A stretch of 64,000 nt of DNA from an uncultured Planctomycetota bacterium (GTDB lineage Bacteria; Planctomycetota; Planctomycetia; Pirellulales; Lacipirellulaceae). Below the pieces are notes generated by a model that did no database searches, was not told the DNA's origin, and saw only the letters and a list, made by a program, of their open reading frames with translations. Positions 51,882 to 62,521 of the stretch are shown here, piece by piece. Position 1 is the first letter of the stretch. Every line of letters starts with the position of its first letter. The DNA is taken from NCBI GenBank assembly GCA_963719315.1, contig CAVRBU010000002.1, positions 1,664,001 through 1,728,000 on the forward strand, written 5' to 3'. Position numbers and translations under genes: made by a program.

Positions 51882-51970
51882 CGTGTAAAGTGTGTTGCTT
51901 TTTTTACTGAATCAGATTGCAAATTGCAATTCTCATTTTGCATTTTGCATTTTCCGCCCGTTCGTCGGCC

Positions 51971-52072
51971 GCCGGTGAGAGGCCCCTACACAAAGAGACG
52001 CGGGCTTATGGCTGCTGTGTTTCCACCCTGACCAGGTTCGCGAGGCCCCCTTTGCAGAGGCCCCTCACCGGC
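51971..52072 (-). ncRNA. ffs: Signal recognition particle RNA (4.5S)
   Basis: Long terminal stem GCCGGTGAG/CTCACCGGC; domain IV TCAGG-GTG-GAAA-CAC-AGCAGC; upstream of dnaX. Confidence 0.93.
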
Positions 52073-52172
52073 GGCCGCGTGCGGTGTATCGCTCTTCAGT
52101 TGTACGCGGGGTTGCGGTAGGCGTCAAAGGTCTGAAAAATTCCGTGGTGTCCTAATTTGCGGTACAACAACG

Positions 52173-52227
52173 TTGTGGCACGGACTTCAGTCCGTGATTC
52201 TCGTACGGACTGAAGTCCGTGCTACAA
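52173..52227. repeat. REP doublet
   Basis: TTGTGGCACGGACTTCAGTCCGTG ... ACGGACTGAAGTCCGTGCTACAA. Confidence 0.8.
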
Positions 52228-52279
52228 AGTTTCAGTCCGAACAATGCCAATTTAGGATACCGCCAAAAAAACGATTGGT

Positions 52280-52931
52280 TTACCGCACCATCAATTTGGC
52301 GGCGGCTTCGTGAGAAAGCGTTTTCTCGTCGCTGCCGAGTCGAATGGTGATGCATTCGTGCGCTTCGTCGTTCTCGACCAATGAGCCTTGCGCCGATCTC
52401 CAAACCGGCTTGCGAAAGGAATCGCAAGAATTCGGACGTTTGGTCAACCACACGAGCGACGAGGAAGCGGTCGCCGACGGCACATTCGGCGAGCGGCCGA
52501 TCGGCGGCCGCGGCCACCGTGCCATCGGCTTTCGGGATCGGGTCGCCGTGCGGATCGGTCGAAGGATGGCCCAGGTACGCATCGATGCGGTCCACGAGCG
52601 AATCGCTGACGGCGTGCTCCATGTGCTCCGCTTCTTCGTGGACCTCGTCCCAACTTAGGCTGAGCGTCTGAGCGAGAAATTGCTCGATCAGGCGGTGTCG
52701 CCGCAGCACGCGTAGGGCGAGCCCTCGCCCCGATTGCGTTAGCCGCACGCCCTCATAAGGTGTGTAGGTGGCCAGGTTGCTTTCGTCGAGCGTTTTGAGC
52801 ATGCTCGTCACGGTGCCTGGCAGCACACGGAGCGCGGTCGAGATTTGGCCCGTCGCCACGGCGCCGTCTTCAGCCGCCTGGGCGAGCTGGTAGATGGCCT
52901 TCACATAGTTTTCGACGGTCAGGCTAGGCAT
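52280..52931 (-). CDS. DtxR/MntR metal-dependent repressor (frameshift near 52390)
   Basis: ENYVKAIY, RRHRLIE.FL, EAEHMEH, DPHGDPIP; FeoA-like tail in the second frame. Confidence 0.93.
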
Positions 52932-53026
52932 GGCAGTGGGGCACAGGGTGCTGGATACTTGATGCTTGATGTCGGACAATCATTATCCGGTATCGCGTAC
53001 CTTGTATCCAGTATGTAGCGACGGGC

Positions 53027-54010
53027 ATGGCTCAATTTCCTGAAACCGAAGCCGCGTGGCGGGCGCTTTATCCATTTGCGTCGCATTGGGCCGATTTGCC
53101 GAGCGGGCGGATGCATTTTCTGGACGAGGGGCCGCGCGATGCGCCACCTCTGCTGTTCGTGCACGGCAACCCCACGTGGTCGTTTCATTGGCGGCGGCTC
53201 GTGGTCGGACTGCGCGAGAAGTTCCGCTGCGTGGCGGTCGATCACATCGGCTGTGGGCTAAGCGACAAGCCGGCGCGTCTTTTATCGCTGGTTGATCACA
53301 TCCAAAATCTTGTCGCACTCATCAATCATCTTGATCTGGACCGCGTGACGCTGGTGGCGCAGGATTGGGGCGGCGCGATTGGTCTCGGCGCGATGCTAAG
53401 GATGCCGGAGCGGCTGGAGCGGATCGTGCTGTTTAATACGGGCGCGTTTCCGCCGCGGTACATACCGTGGCGAATTGCGGTTTGCCGCGTGCCGGTGGTC
53501 GGGCGGCTGGCGGTGCAAGGCGCGAACTTGTTTAGCCTCGCGGCGTTGCGGATGACGCTCTCGCGCCGCGATCGACTCGACCCGGCCGTTGCGGCCGGGT
53601 ATTTGGCGCCGTATGACTCGTGGGCGAACAGATGGGGCGTGTATGGGTTCGTGAAAGATATTCCAAGCCCGAGTAGCCGAGTTTCTCTGAACATCGGTTT
53701 CGAGTTTCTGAGAAACACGGCTACGGAGAGGTCCACAAGAGATCTCCTCGCCGATATTGAGCGCGGGCTGCCGAGTTTGGCGGATCTCCCGGCGACACTT
53801 ATCTGGGGAATGAAGGACTGGTGTTTTCGGCCGGATTGTTTGGAGCGGTTTGTCACGGCTTGGCCGCGGGCGGAGGTGCATCGGCTTCGGGACGTTGGGC
53901 ATTGGGTGGTGGAGGATGCACCGGAGGAGGCGTTGGCGGCACTTCAGGCATTTCTCAAGGCATCCGCGGCAGATTCACCACCAAGGCACGAAGGGCGGCG
54001 AAGTGCCTAA
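53027..54010 (+). CDS. Alpha/beta hydrolase, haloalkane dehalogenase/OleB-like
   Basis: HGNPTWS, DHIGCGLSDKP, QDWGG, WGMKDWCF, GHWVVED. Confidence 0.9.
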   Translation: MAQFPETEAAWRALYPFASHWADLPSGRMHFLDEGPRDAPPLLFVHGNPTWSFHWRRLVVGLREKFRCVAVDHIGCGLSDKPARLLSLVDHIQNLVALINHLDLDRVTLVAQDWGGAIGLGAMLRMPERLERIVLFNTGAFPPRYIPWRIAVCRVPVVGRLAVQGANLFSLAALRMTLSRRDRLDPAVAAGYLAPYDSWANRWGVYGFVKDIPSPSSRVSLNIGFEFLRNTATERSTRDLLADIERGLPSLADLPATLIWGMKDWCFRPDCLERFVTAWPRAEVHRLRDVGHWVVEDAPEEALAALQAFLKASAADSPPRHEGRRSA

Positions 54011-54051
54011 ACTGGCCTCGAACTGAATGAAGTTTTCGTGAAATTGAAGCT

Positions 54052-54924
54052 GTGATGTCGAACATTCCGTCAAACTTGCGAACCTTGCCTGTCGGCATCG
54101 CGGTTACGCTGGCGGTGATCTATGAGGTGACGGCTCCGAAGCCCGGGAACGTGCATCGCGGGGCCGATTTCGAAGATGTCACTTATGTCGATTTCTTGCA
54201 GAGCGCTATTGTCGTGGGCCCCGTTTTGAGTTGTGTGACAGAGTTGGGGGTTGGAGTGGCCGTGTTGCAGGCCGTGCGGGCCACGCGGGAGGCAGTTGGC
54301 ACGAATACGAACCTGGGGACCTTGTTGCTCATCGCGCCGTTGGCGGCGGTGCCCGATGGCGTACGGCATGCCGAGGCGATTGGTCGCGTAATCGGCGGAT
54401 TGTCGTTGGACGACACTAGACACGTGTACGAGGCGATTCGGATTTCTGCTGCGGGCGGGCTGGGTCGCGCGGAGCAGGCGGACGTCTTTGCCCATCCGCC
54501 ACCAACGCTGTCGCTCGTCGAGGCGATGCGACTGGCAAGCGACCGCGACTTGGTCGCACGCCAATACTGCTGCGAGTTCGCCGATGTGTTCAAGATTGCG
54601 ACTTGGATTGAAGATTGCTTGGCACGCGGCTGGTCGCTCGATTCGTCCATCGTGCATGCGCACGTCCATCAATTGGCGATGGAAGCGGATAGTCTCATTG
54701 GTCGGAAATGCGGTCGGCAGTTGGCCGAGCTGGCGCGTGCAATGGCAAAGCGGGTTCTTGATGCTGGGTTGCCGGGCGAGGTTGAGTATGAGCATGGGCT
54801 GGCAGATTTCGATTTTTGGCTGCGTTTGGATGGGCATCGCCGCAATCCGGGCACGACGGCGGACCTCATCGCGGCGGCGCTGTTTGTACTGTTGCGTGAA
54901 GGGCGTGTAAAATTGAAGCGATGA
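54052..54924 (+). CDS. CitG-like (triphosphoribosyl-dephospho-CoA synthase family) protein
   Basis: E...PKPGNV, NTNLG, RNPGTTADL. Confidence 0.88.
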   Translation: MMSNIPSNLRTLPVGIAVTLAVIYEVTAPKPGNVHRGADFEDVTYVDFLQSAIVVGPVLSCVTELGVGVAVLQAVRATREAVGTNTNLGTLLLIAPLAAVPDGVRHAEAIGRVIGGLSLDDTRHVYEAIRISAAGGLGRAEQADVFAHPPPTLSLVEAMRLASDRDLVARQYCCEFADVFKIATWIEDCLARGWSLDSSIVHAHVHQLAMEADSLIGRKCGRQLAELARAMAKRVLDAGLPGEVEYEHGLADFDFWLRLDGHRRNPGTTADLIAAALFVLLREGRVKLKR

Positions 54925-55409
54925 GCGAGTTCTTTCACGTCCGAATCTCCAAGGCCGAGCACGTTTTCAGTGCAGCGCATTTCATCACGTTCGGCGGAAC
55001 ATGTGAGCGGCTGCATGGGCATAACTATCGCGTCACCGCGGAACTCAGCGGGCCGCTGGATGAGAATCATTTGGTGATCGACTTCCTCTTGGTTCGCGCA
55101 AAATTGCTGGAGATCACGAACTGGCTCGATCATTACGTACTGCTGCCGACGCAACATCCGCAGATTCGGGTCGAGGAGAGCGGCCGCGAGGTGACTGCCA
55201 CTTTTGCCGATCGCCGGTGGGTGTTTCCGAGCGGCGATTGCCGGCTGCTGCCCGTTGCCAATACGACGTCGGAGCTGCTCGCATCGTACATCGGTGGGCG
55301 GTTGCTAGCGGCTCTGGGAGGCGTGGCGAAGCGCATCACTCACGTTCGGGTAGAGCTGGACGAGTGCGATGGGCAGATCGGCGTTTGGGAATTGCAGTTG
55401 GCGAACTAG
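54921..55409 (+). CDS. 6-pyruvoyl-tetrahydropterin synthase family (COG0720) protein
   Basis: FSAAHF, CERLHGHNY, LDH, TTSE. ATGA overlap with the upstream gene. Confidence 0.9.
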   Translation: MSEFFHVRISKAEHVFSAAHFITFGGTCERLHGHNYRVTAELSGPLDENHLVIDFLLVRAKLLEITNWLDHYVLLPTQHPQIRVEESGREVTATFADRRWVFPSGDCRLLPVANTTSELLASYIGGRLLAALGGVAKRITHVRVELDECDGQIGVWELQLAN

Positions 55410-55628
55410 CTCTACCGATCTGATAGTGAACGTAGATCGTACTGGCGGCACCAGTGGCACCTAAGGCGCAAGCTAATTCGGGCCGCAAACTCTTTGCAGC
55501 CGGCAAGTTCTTCTCAAGCTACCAGGCCTGCGGCGTCGATAGGTCGAGCGGATGAACTGCGCGCGAGCGGCGCGACCAGTTGATCGACCTTTTCTCGACG
55601 CTAGCACTCGATCACACGCCAATTCGCC

Positions 55629-56618
55629 ATGTCGGATATTCACAGCGCCGCCGTTCTGCTCATGACGCTGCCCGAGGAATCGGCCGGCGATTTGATGGCC
55701 AAACTCGACCCGAAACAGGTCGAGCAAGTTTCGATCGAAATTGCCCGCACCCGTACTGTCGCAGCCGACGAGCAGGAGCGCGTGATCAAGGAATTCTCGG
55801 AAGCCAATCCCTCGATGGGTGGCCGCGGCGGCGGGCTGGAATTGGCGAAGGCGCTCATTCAAAAGGCCCTCGGCAGCAACGCTGCGGCGACGCTGTCGAA
55901 TATTCGCCAGTCGATCGAAGCGGTTCCGTTTGGCTTCCTGCGGAACGTCGATAGCCAAAACCTGCTGACGTACATCATCGACGAGCATCCGCAGACGATC
56001 GCGCTCATCATGTCGCACCTGCCGGCCAGCTTCAGCGCCGAAATTCTGGCGGGGCTGCCCGAAGCGCGGCGGATTTCCGTGGTAAAGCGGATTGCGACCA
56101 TGGGCCGCACGAACCCCGACATCATGCGCGAAGTCGAAAAGGGGCTCGAGCGGCGGATGTCGAGCGTGATGAGCCAGAGCTTCGAGCATGCGGGCGGCGT
56201 GGAAGCCGTGGCTGAGATGCTAAACGTTTCTGACCGGGCCACCGAGCGATCGCTGCTCGAGGGCCTCGGCGCGGAAGACGCCGAACTGGTCGAAGAAATA
56301 CGCCGGTTGATGTTCGTCTTCGAAGATGTGTCGCGGTTCGCCGACAAGGATATTCAGACGGTGCTCAAAAACGTCGAGACCAGCCAGTGGGCGATGGCGC
56401 TCAAAGGCGCGAGCGAAGCGCTCAAAGAGAAGATTCTCAAGAACATGTCGGAACGGGCGGCGGAAACGCTTCGCGAGGAAATGGAATACCTGGGCCCGGC
56501 CAAGCGCTCGGTCGTCGAGGCGAAGCAGCAGGAGATCGTGGACGTCATTCGCAAGCTGGAGGACAGCGGCGAGATCGATCTCAATGCGATCAATGAAGAA
56601 GAGGAGTTGGTGCAATAG
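55629..56618 (+). CDS. fliG: Flagellar motor switch protein FliG
   Basis: AAVLL, EHPQTIALI, GG, MFVFED, ALKG, NMSER. Confidence 0.96.
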   Translation: MSDIHSAAVLLMTLPEESAGDLMAKLDPKQVEQVSIEIARTRTVAADEQERVIKEFSEANPSMGGRGGGLELAKALIQKALGSNAAATLSNIRQSIEAVPFGFLRNVDSQNLLTYIIDEHPQTIALIMSHLPASFSAEILAGLPEARRISVVKRIATMGRTNPDIMREVEKGLERRMSSVMSQSFEHAGGVEAVAEMLNVSDRATERSLLEGLGAEDAELVEEIRRLMFVFEDVSRFADKDIQTVLKNVETSQWAMALKGASEALKEKILKNMSERAAETLREEMEYLGPAKRSVVEAKQQEIVDVIRKLEDSGEIDLNAINEEEELVQ

Positions 56619-56731
56619 TGGTCGAGAGAGGAGGGTCGAGAGCCAGAGGATTTCCGGCCCTCGACGTTCGACCCTGGACCCGTGACTCTCGTCTCTGCTA
56701 GCATGAATCGCGACAAAACGGGGTCGCGTTC

Positions 56732-59449
56732 ATGTCTCTTTCGCCGATGATGCAGCAGTACCACGAGGCCAAGCGGGCCGCGGGCGATGCGCTGCTGTTG
56801 TTTCGGATGGGCGACTTCTACGAGCTGTTCTTCGACGATGCGAAGACGGCCGCCCGGGTGCTGGGCCTGGCGCTCACGAGCCGCGATAAGGGAGACGACC
56901 CGGTGCCGATGGCCGGCTTCCCGTATCATCAGCTCGATGCTTATCTGGCCAAAATCATCGCGGCCGGGCACCGCGCGGCGATTTGCGAACAGGTCGAAGA
57001 CCCGAAGCAGGCGAAGGGGCTCGTGAAGCGCGAGGTGACGCGGATCGTCACGCCGGGGACGCTTACGGATGATGCGCTGCTCGACCCGCAGGCGAGTAAT
57101 TTTTTGGCGGCGATCGCGTTTCCTACGGGAGGCGCTAAGCCGCAAGCGGCGGGTGCGGGGATTGCTTGGGTGGATGTCTCGACGGGCCGGTTTTACGCCG
57201 CCGTGTTTGCGATGGAGCAGGTCGCCGATCAGTTGGCACGGATCGAGCCGGCGGAATTGCTCATCAGCGACGACGCCACGATGCCGCCGCGCGATTGGGC
57301 AACCGGCGACGCCATCACCCGCCGCCCCGCTTGGACGTTCGGCCGCACGACGGCACTCGAAGCGCTCACCAAACATTTTGGCACACGCTCGCTGGAAGGG
57401 TTTGGCTTCGAGGCTGACACGGTTGGCGGAACCGTCGTAGCGCTGCGGGCGGCCGGGGCCGTGCTCAATTACCTGGCTGAAACTCAGAAGGCGTCGCTCG
57501 GCCATATCAATCGGCTCATTCGGTACTCAACGGATGAGCGGCTGGCGATCGACCCTGCGACGCGGCGGAGCTTGGAAATCGTTGCCACCATTCGCGACGG
57601 AGGGCGAGAGGGATCGCTCCTGGGCACGCTCGATCGCACCGTGACGTCGTTAGGCGCCCGGCTGCTGGCGGATTGGTTGGCCGCACCGCTCACGAATGTG
57701 GCCGAAATCAATGCGCGGCTAGATGCGGTCGCGGAGCTTGTTGCGGATGCCAACACTTCGAATCAACTTCGCGAATCGCTGCGGCAGATTTACGATATCC
57801 AGCGGCTGTTGGCGCGCGTGATCACCGGTCGGGCCTCGCCGCGCGATTTGGCGTACCTCGGTCGCACACTGGCGTGCTTGCCGAAAATCAAGGCCAAGCT
57901 CACCGGTCGGGCGAGTGCCCTGCTCTGCCGCTTGGAGAACCGCGTCGATTTATGCGCCGATATCCGCGGCCCACTCGAACAAGCGCTCGTCGAAGATTGC
58001 CCGCTCACTGCCCGCGATGGTGGGTTCATCCGCGCTGGCTATCGGAGCGACGTGGATGAGTTCCGCGAGTTAATGGCTGGCGGCAAACGGTGGATGGCCG
58101 AATATCAAGCGGCCGAGTGCCAACGGACGGGCATCGCGAGCATGAAGGTCGGGTTCAACCAGGTGTTTGGCTTCTATTTGGAAGTCACGCACACGCACCG
58201 CGACAAGATTCCGGCCAATTACATTCGCAAGCAAACGCTGAAGAATGCCGAGCGGTACGTGACGCCGGAGCTCAAAGAATACGAAGAAAAAGTGCTCGCG
58301 GCGGAGGACAAACTGAAGCAGCTCGAACAAGAGCTGTTCGTGCAGCTTCGCGATATGGTGGCGGTCGCCGCTCCACGATTGCAGGCGACGGCCGAAGCGT
58401 TGGCCGAGATCGACGTGCTGGCCAGCCTGGCTGAACTGGCGCGTTCGCGCAATTACGTGCGGCCGACCGTCGTTGTGGAACCCGTGCTCGATATCGAAGC
58501 CGGACGGCACCCGGTGCTGGATATCACCGAGCCGAATGGGACGTTTGTGCCGAATGATGTGCGTTGTGCTGCGAGGAGTGAGGAGCGAAGTGCGAGTAGT
58601 GAAAACTCGTCGCTCGAGCCTCGCGGCTCGCTGCTGCTCATCACTGGACCCAATATGGCCGGCAAGAGCACCTACATTCGGCAAGCCGCGCTGCTCACGC
58701 TGATGGCTCAAATGGGCAGCTTCGTGCCGGCGCGGCGGGCGGTGGTCGGCGTTGCCGATCGCATATTTGCCCGCGTGGGCGCGAGTGACGAATTGTCGCG
58801 CGGCCAAAGCACGTTCATGGTGGAGATGACCGAGACGGCACGGATTCTCAACACGGCTACGCCGAGGAGCCTGGTGATCCTGGATGAGATCGGCCGCGGC
58901 ACGAGCACGTACGATGGGCTATCGCTGGCCTGGAGCATCGTCGAGCACCTCCACGACGCCATCGGCTGCCGCACGCTTTTCGCCACGCATTACCACGAGC
59001 TAACCGATTTGGAACTGCAACTTGCGGGCGTGCAAAACTTTAACGTGGCCGTGAAGGAGTGGGACGACCAGGTCGTGTTCCTGCATCAGATTGTGCCTGG
59101 CGCGGCGGACAAGAGCTACGGCATTCACGTCGCCCAACTCGCCGGCGTGCCGCGGGCTGTGAACGATCGTGCCCGCGAGGTATTGGAATGGCTTGAAGCG
59201 CAGCACCAAGCGGCGGACAGTGCTGCAGCAGCGACAAAAGCAGTTGACCCACCCCCTGCTTTCTCGAATGGCCACCATGGGCGGCAGTCGAGTCATTGGC
59301 AAATGACGCTGTTTGGCGTCGAAGAACACCCATTGCTCGATGAAATTCGGGCTGCTGAACTCGATGACATTGCTCCAAGCAACGCCCTGGACTTGATCCG
59401 CGATTGGCAGCAAAGGCTTGCGAATGAAGTGGCGCCCTCCAAGCGGTAG
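56732..59449 (+). CDS. mutS: DNA mismatch repair protein MutS
   Basis: PMMQQY, GDFYELF, GPNMAGKST, STFMVE, DEIGRGTS, ATHY. Confidence 0.98.
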   Translation: MSLSPMMQQYHEAKRAAGDALLLFRMGDFYELFFDDAKTAARVLGLALTSRDKGDDPVPMAGFPYHQLDAYLAKIIAAGHRAAICEQVEDPKQAKGLVKREVTRIVTPGTLTDDALLDPQASNFLAAIAFPTGGAKPQAAGAGIAWVDVSTGRFYAAVFAMEQVADQLARIEPAELLISDDATMPPRDWATGDAITRRPAWTFGRTTALEALTKHFGTRSLEGFGFEADTVGGTVVALRAAGAVLNYLAETQKASLGHINRLIRYSTDERLAIDPATRRSLEIVATIRDGGREGSLLGTLDRTVTSLGARLLADWLAAPLTNVAEINARLDAVAELVADANTSNQLRESLRQIYDIQRLLARVITGRASPRDLAYLGRTLACLPKIKAKLTGRASALLCRLENRVDLCADIRGPLEQALVEDCPLTARDGGFIRAGYRSDVDEFRELMAGGKRWMAEYQAAECQRTGIASMKVGFNQVFGFYLEVTHTHRDKIPANYIRKQTLKNAERYVTPELKEYEEKVLAAEDKLKQLEQELFVQLRDMVAVAAPRLQATAEALAEIDVLASLAELARSRNYVRPTVVVEPVLDIEAGRHPVLDITEPNGTFVPNDVRCAARSEERSASSENSSLEPRGSLLLITGPNMAGKSTYIRQAALLTLMAQMGSFVPARRAVVGVADRIFARVGASDELSRGQSTFMVEMTETARILNTATPRSLVILDEIGRGTSTYDGLSLAWSIVEHLHDAIGCRTLFATHYHELTDLELQLAGVQNFNVAVKEWDDQVVFLHQIVPGAADKSYGIHVAQLAGVPRAVNDRAREVLEWLEAQHQAADSAAAATKAVDPPPAFSNGHHGRQSSHWQMTLFGVEEHPLLDEIRAAELDDIAPSNALDLIRDWQQRLANEVAPSKR

Positions 59450-59455
59450 CCATTA

Positions 59456-59568
59456 GCAGCAGGCATGCTCCGCATGCCGTAGCAGAATCGCCAACACCCG
59501 CTGGCGTACCATTCGGGCGACTAGCCGAACACCGATGCTGTTACGGCACGCGGAGCGTGCGCTTCTAC
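59456..59568. repeat. REP doublet, same family as 2274-2363
   Basis: GGCATGCTCCGCATGCCGTA ... TACGGCACGCGGAGCGTGC. Confidence 0.7.
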
Positions 59569-59704
59569 TTTTGAGCGTTGGCGAAGCCTCTTTTTACCGG
59601 TAAGATGGTCAATTCGCAACAGGTCGTCAATTCACTGTCTGGATTGCCAACGTCAGCTCTTTTCTGTCCCTGCATCCGTATCCTGCATCCTGTCCCCTCC
59701 ATCG

Positions 59705-62380
59705 ATGCCTCGCTACAACCACGCCACGATCGAACCCAAATGGCAAGCGTATTGGGACCAGCACCAAACGTTTGCGGCGCCGCGGATGCCGAAACCGGGC
59801 ACGAAGAAGCTGTACGCGCTCGATATGTTCCCGTACCCCAGCGGCGATGGGCTGCACGTCGGCCATCCGGAAGGGTACACGGCGACCGATATCGTCTGCC
59901 GCGCCGCACGGATGCAAGGCCGAAGTGTGATTCACCCGATGGGTTTCGATGCTTTCGGGTTGCCGGCAGAGGAGCACGCGATCAAGACGGGCGAGCATCC
60001 GCGGTCGCAGACGGAGAAGAATATCGAAACGTTCCGGCGGCAACTGAAATCGCTCGGCTTCTCGTACGATTGGGGCCGCGAGCTGGCGACGACGGATGTC
60101 GAGTACGTTCGCTGGACGCAGTGGATCTTTTTGCAGATTTTCGATACGTGGTTCGACGCCGAACAGCAGCGCGGCCGGCCGATCGGCGACTTGCCGATAC
60201 CCGCCGACGTGCAGGCCGCGGGCGACGATGCGGTTCGCACCTATCGCGATGAACATCGTTTGGCGTATCAGACTGAAGCGCCCGTCAACTGGTGCCCTGC
60301 CCTTGGCACTGTGCTGGCGAATGAAGAAGTGGTAAACGGCAAGAGCGAAGTCGGCGGCCACCCCGTCGTGCGGATGCCGCTGCGGCAGTGGATGCTGCGG
60401 ATTACGGCGTACGCCGACCGATTGGAGAACGATTTGGAATCGCTCGATTGGTCGCCGGGCATCAAAGCGCTGCAGCGGAATTGGATCGGGCGGAGTACGG
60501 GAGCGGAGGTGGATTTCTACATCGGCCAAAATGTGGGTGGCGCCGGCTCCGTCAAAGCTGACTTCGAAAAGTGGAAGTCCGAACGTGCCAAAACTGGCTT
60601 CCCTCGCAAACCCGAAGATGACGTTCTCCGCGTTTACACGACGCGGCCTGACACTCTTTTCGGTGCGACCTACATGGTAATTGCACCGGAGCACCCCTTC
60701 GTGGGCCGCCTCACGACGCCAAAGCATAAGGCCGCTGTCGAATCGTATTGCGAAGCCGCCGCGCGAAAGAGTGACCTCGACCGCACAGAATTAGCGAAGG
60801 AAAAGACGGGCGTATTTACGGGAAGCTACGCGATCAACCCAGTGAACGACGAGTCGATACCGATTTGGGTCGCCGATTACGTGCTCATCAGCTATGGCAC
60901 CGGTGCGATCATGGCAGTGCCGGCGCACGATGAGCGTGATTTCGAATTCGCACGTCAGTTCGGTCTGCCTATCACTGCGGTTGTCGATCCATGCAAGGCG
61001 GTGTCCGGCGCGGAGCGCGAAGAAGTCCTCGCGGGCAAGCAGGTGTTCTCTGGAAACGGGGTCGCGACCAATTCGGGCAGCTACAACGGTCTGCCGACGC
61101 CCGAGTTCAAATCCAAGATCACTGCCGGCCTCACAAAACAAGGTCTGGGTGGCCAAGCGGTTAACTATAAACTGCGCGATTGGCTTTTTTCGCGGCAGCG
61201 GTTTTGGGGGGAGCCGTTTCCAATCTTGCACGAGCTTGATGCAAACGGCAAACCGACCGGCCGCGTGCGCGCAGTCGATGAAAAGAATTTGCCCGTTGAT
61301 CTGCCTCACCTCGAAGACTTCAAGCCGCATGGGCGTCCGGAGCCGCCGCTCGATAAGGCGCCCGCGGAGTGGCTGTATCCAGTGATCGACGGCCAGCGTT
61401 ACAAGCGCGAGACGAACACAATGCCGCAATGGGCCGGGTCGTGTTGGTATTATTTGCGGTTTCTTGACCCGCACAACAAGGAAGCAGCCATCGATCCAAC
61501 GGTGGAAAAAGCTTGGATGCCGGTGGATTTGTACGTCGGCGGCGCGGAGCATGCCGTGCTGCACCTGCTGTACGCGCGGTTCTGGCACAAAGTGCTCTAC
61601 GACCGGGGGATCGTTTCGACGCCGGAGCCGTTTCAGAAACTCGTCAATCAGGGCATGATCCTGGGCGAGAACAATGAGAAAATGAGTAAGAGCCGCGGCA
61701 ACGTCATCAACCCGGACGCGATCGTGGCCGAGTATGGCGCCGATTCGCTGCGGCTGTATGAGATGTTCATGGGCCCGCTGGAGGCGGCGAAGCCCTGGAG
61801 CATGCAGGGCGTCAATGGAGTTCATATTTTTCTGAATCGCGTGTGGCGGCTCATCATCGATGACCGGGCGGAAGGGGTGGAGCTGAATGCGGCGGTGGTC
61901 GATCGGCCGCCGACGGGGGACGAAAACCGCGTGCTGCATCAAACGATTCGCGCAGTGACGGAGGATATTCGGAAACTGTCGTTCAACACAGCAATCGCCC
62001 GGATGATGGAACTCACGAATCACTTCACAACGGCCAGCGAACGGCCGCGCGAGGTGCTGGAGAAGTTCGTGCTGTTGCTCTCGCCGTATGCGCCGCATAT
62101 GGCGGAAGAGCTGTGGCAAGCGCTCGGCCATTCGCGGTCGCTTGCCTACGAGCCTTGGCCGGAATTCGAAGCGGCACTGGCCAAAGAAGACTCGATGGAT
62201 GTGCCGGTGCAGATCAACGGTAAAGTGCGGTCGAAGATCACAGTTCCGACGGATGCGGATACGGCTAAGCTGGAAGCGGCTGCCCGAAGCGACGAGCGCG
62301 TTGTTGAACTCATCGCCGGCAAACAAGTCGCGAAGGTGATCGTGGTGCCGGGACGGTTGGTGAACATCGTGGTAAAGTAA
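59705..62380 (+). CDS. leuS: Leucine--tRNA ligase
   Basis: [36 protein letters not shown]. Confidence 0.98.
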   Translation: MPRYNHATIEPKWQAYWDQHQTFAAPRMPKPGTKKLYALDMFPYPSGDGLHVGHPEGYTATDIVCRAARMQGRSVIHPMGFDAFGLPAEEHAIKTGEHPRSQTEKNIETFRRQLKSLGFSYDWGRELATTDVEYVRWTQWIFLQIFDTWFDAEQQRGRPIGDLPIPADVQAAGDDAVRTYRDEHRLAYQTEAPVNWCPALGTVLANEEVVNGKSEVGGHPVVRMPLRQWMLRITAYADRLENDLESLDWSPGIKALQRNWIGRSTGAEVDFYIGQNVGGAGSVKADFEKWKSERAKTGFPRKPEDDVLRVYTTRPDTLFGATYMVIAPEHPFVGRLTTPKHKAAVESYCEAAARKSDLDRTELAKEKTGVFTGSYAINPVNDESIPIWVADYVLISYGTGAIMAVPAHDERDFEFARQFGLPITAVVDPCKAVSGAEREEVLAGKQVFSGNGVATNSGSYNGLPTPEFKSKITAGLTKQGLGGQAVNYKLRDWLFSRQRFWGEPFPILHELDANGKPTGRVRAVDEKNLPVDLPHLEDFKPHGRPEPPLDKAPAEWLYPVIDGQRYKRETNTMPQWAGSCWYYLRFLDPHNKEAAIDPTVEKAWMPVDLYVGGAEHAVLHLLYARFWHKVLYDRGIVSTPEPFQKLVNQGMILGENNEKMSKSRGNVINPDAIVAEYGADSLRLYEMFMGPLEAAKPWSMQGVNGVHIFLNRVWRLIIDDRAEGVELNAAVVDRPPTGDENRVLHQTIRAVTEDIRKLSFNTAIARMMELTNHFTTASERPREVLEKFVLLLSPYAPHMAEELWQALGHSRSLAYEPWPEFEAALAKEDSMDVPVQINGKVRSKITVPTDADTAKLEAAARSDERVVELIAGKQVAKVIVVPGRLVNIVVK

Positions 62381-62383
62381 GGA

Positions 62384-62490
62384 TTGCGAAATGCAATTTG
62401 CAGAATTCAAAATGTCAGCTACTGCGGCGACATCGCAGAACCTCGCCCAATTTGCAATTTGCACTTTACAATTTGCATTTTGCAATTTCC
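62384..62490. repeat. Heptamer (TTTGCAW)n hairpin
   Basis: TTGCGAAATGCAATTTGCAGAA... / ...TTTGCAATTTGCACTTTACAATTTGCATTTTGCAATTT. Same family at 51916-51952. Confidence 0.8.
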
Positions 62491-62521
62491 GAATTGCGCC
62501 GCCCAACCATGGTGCGCACCG

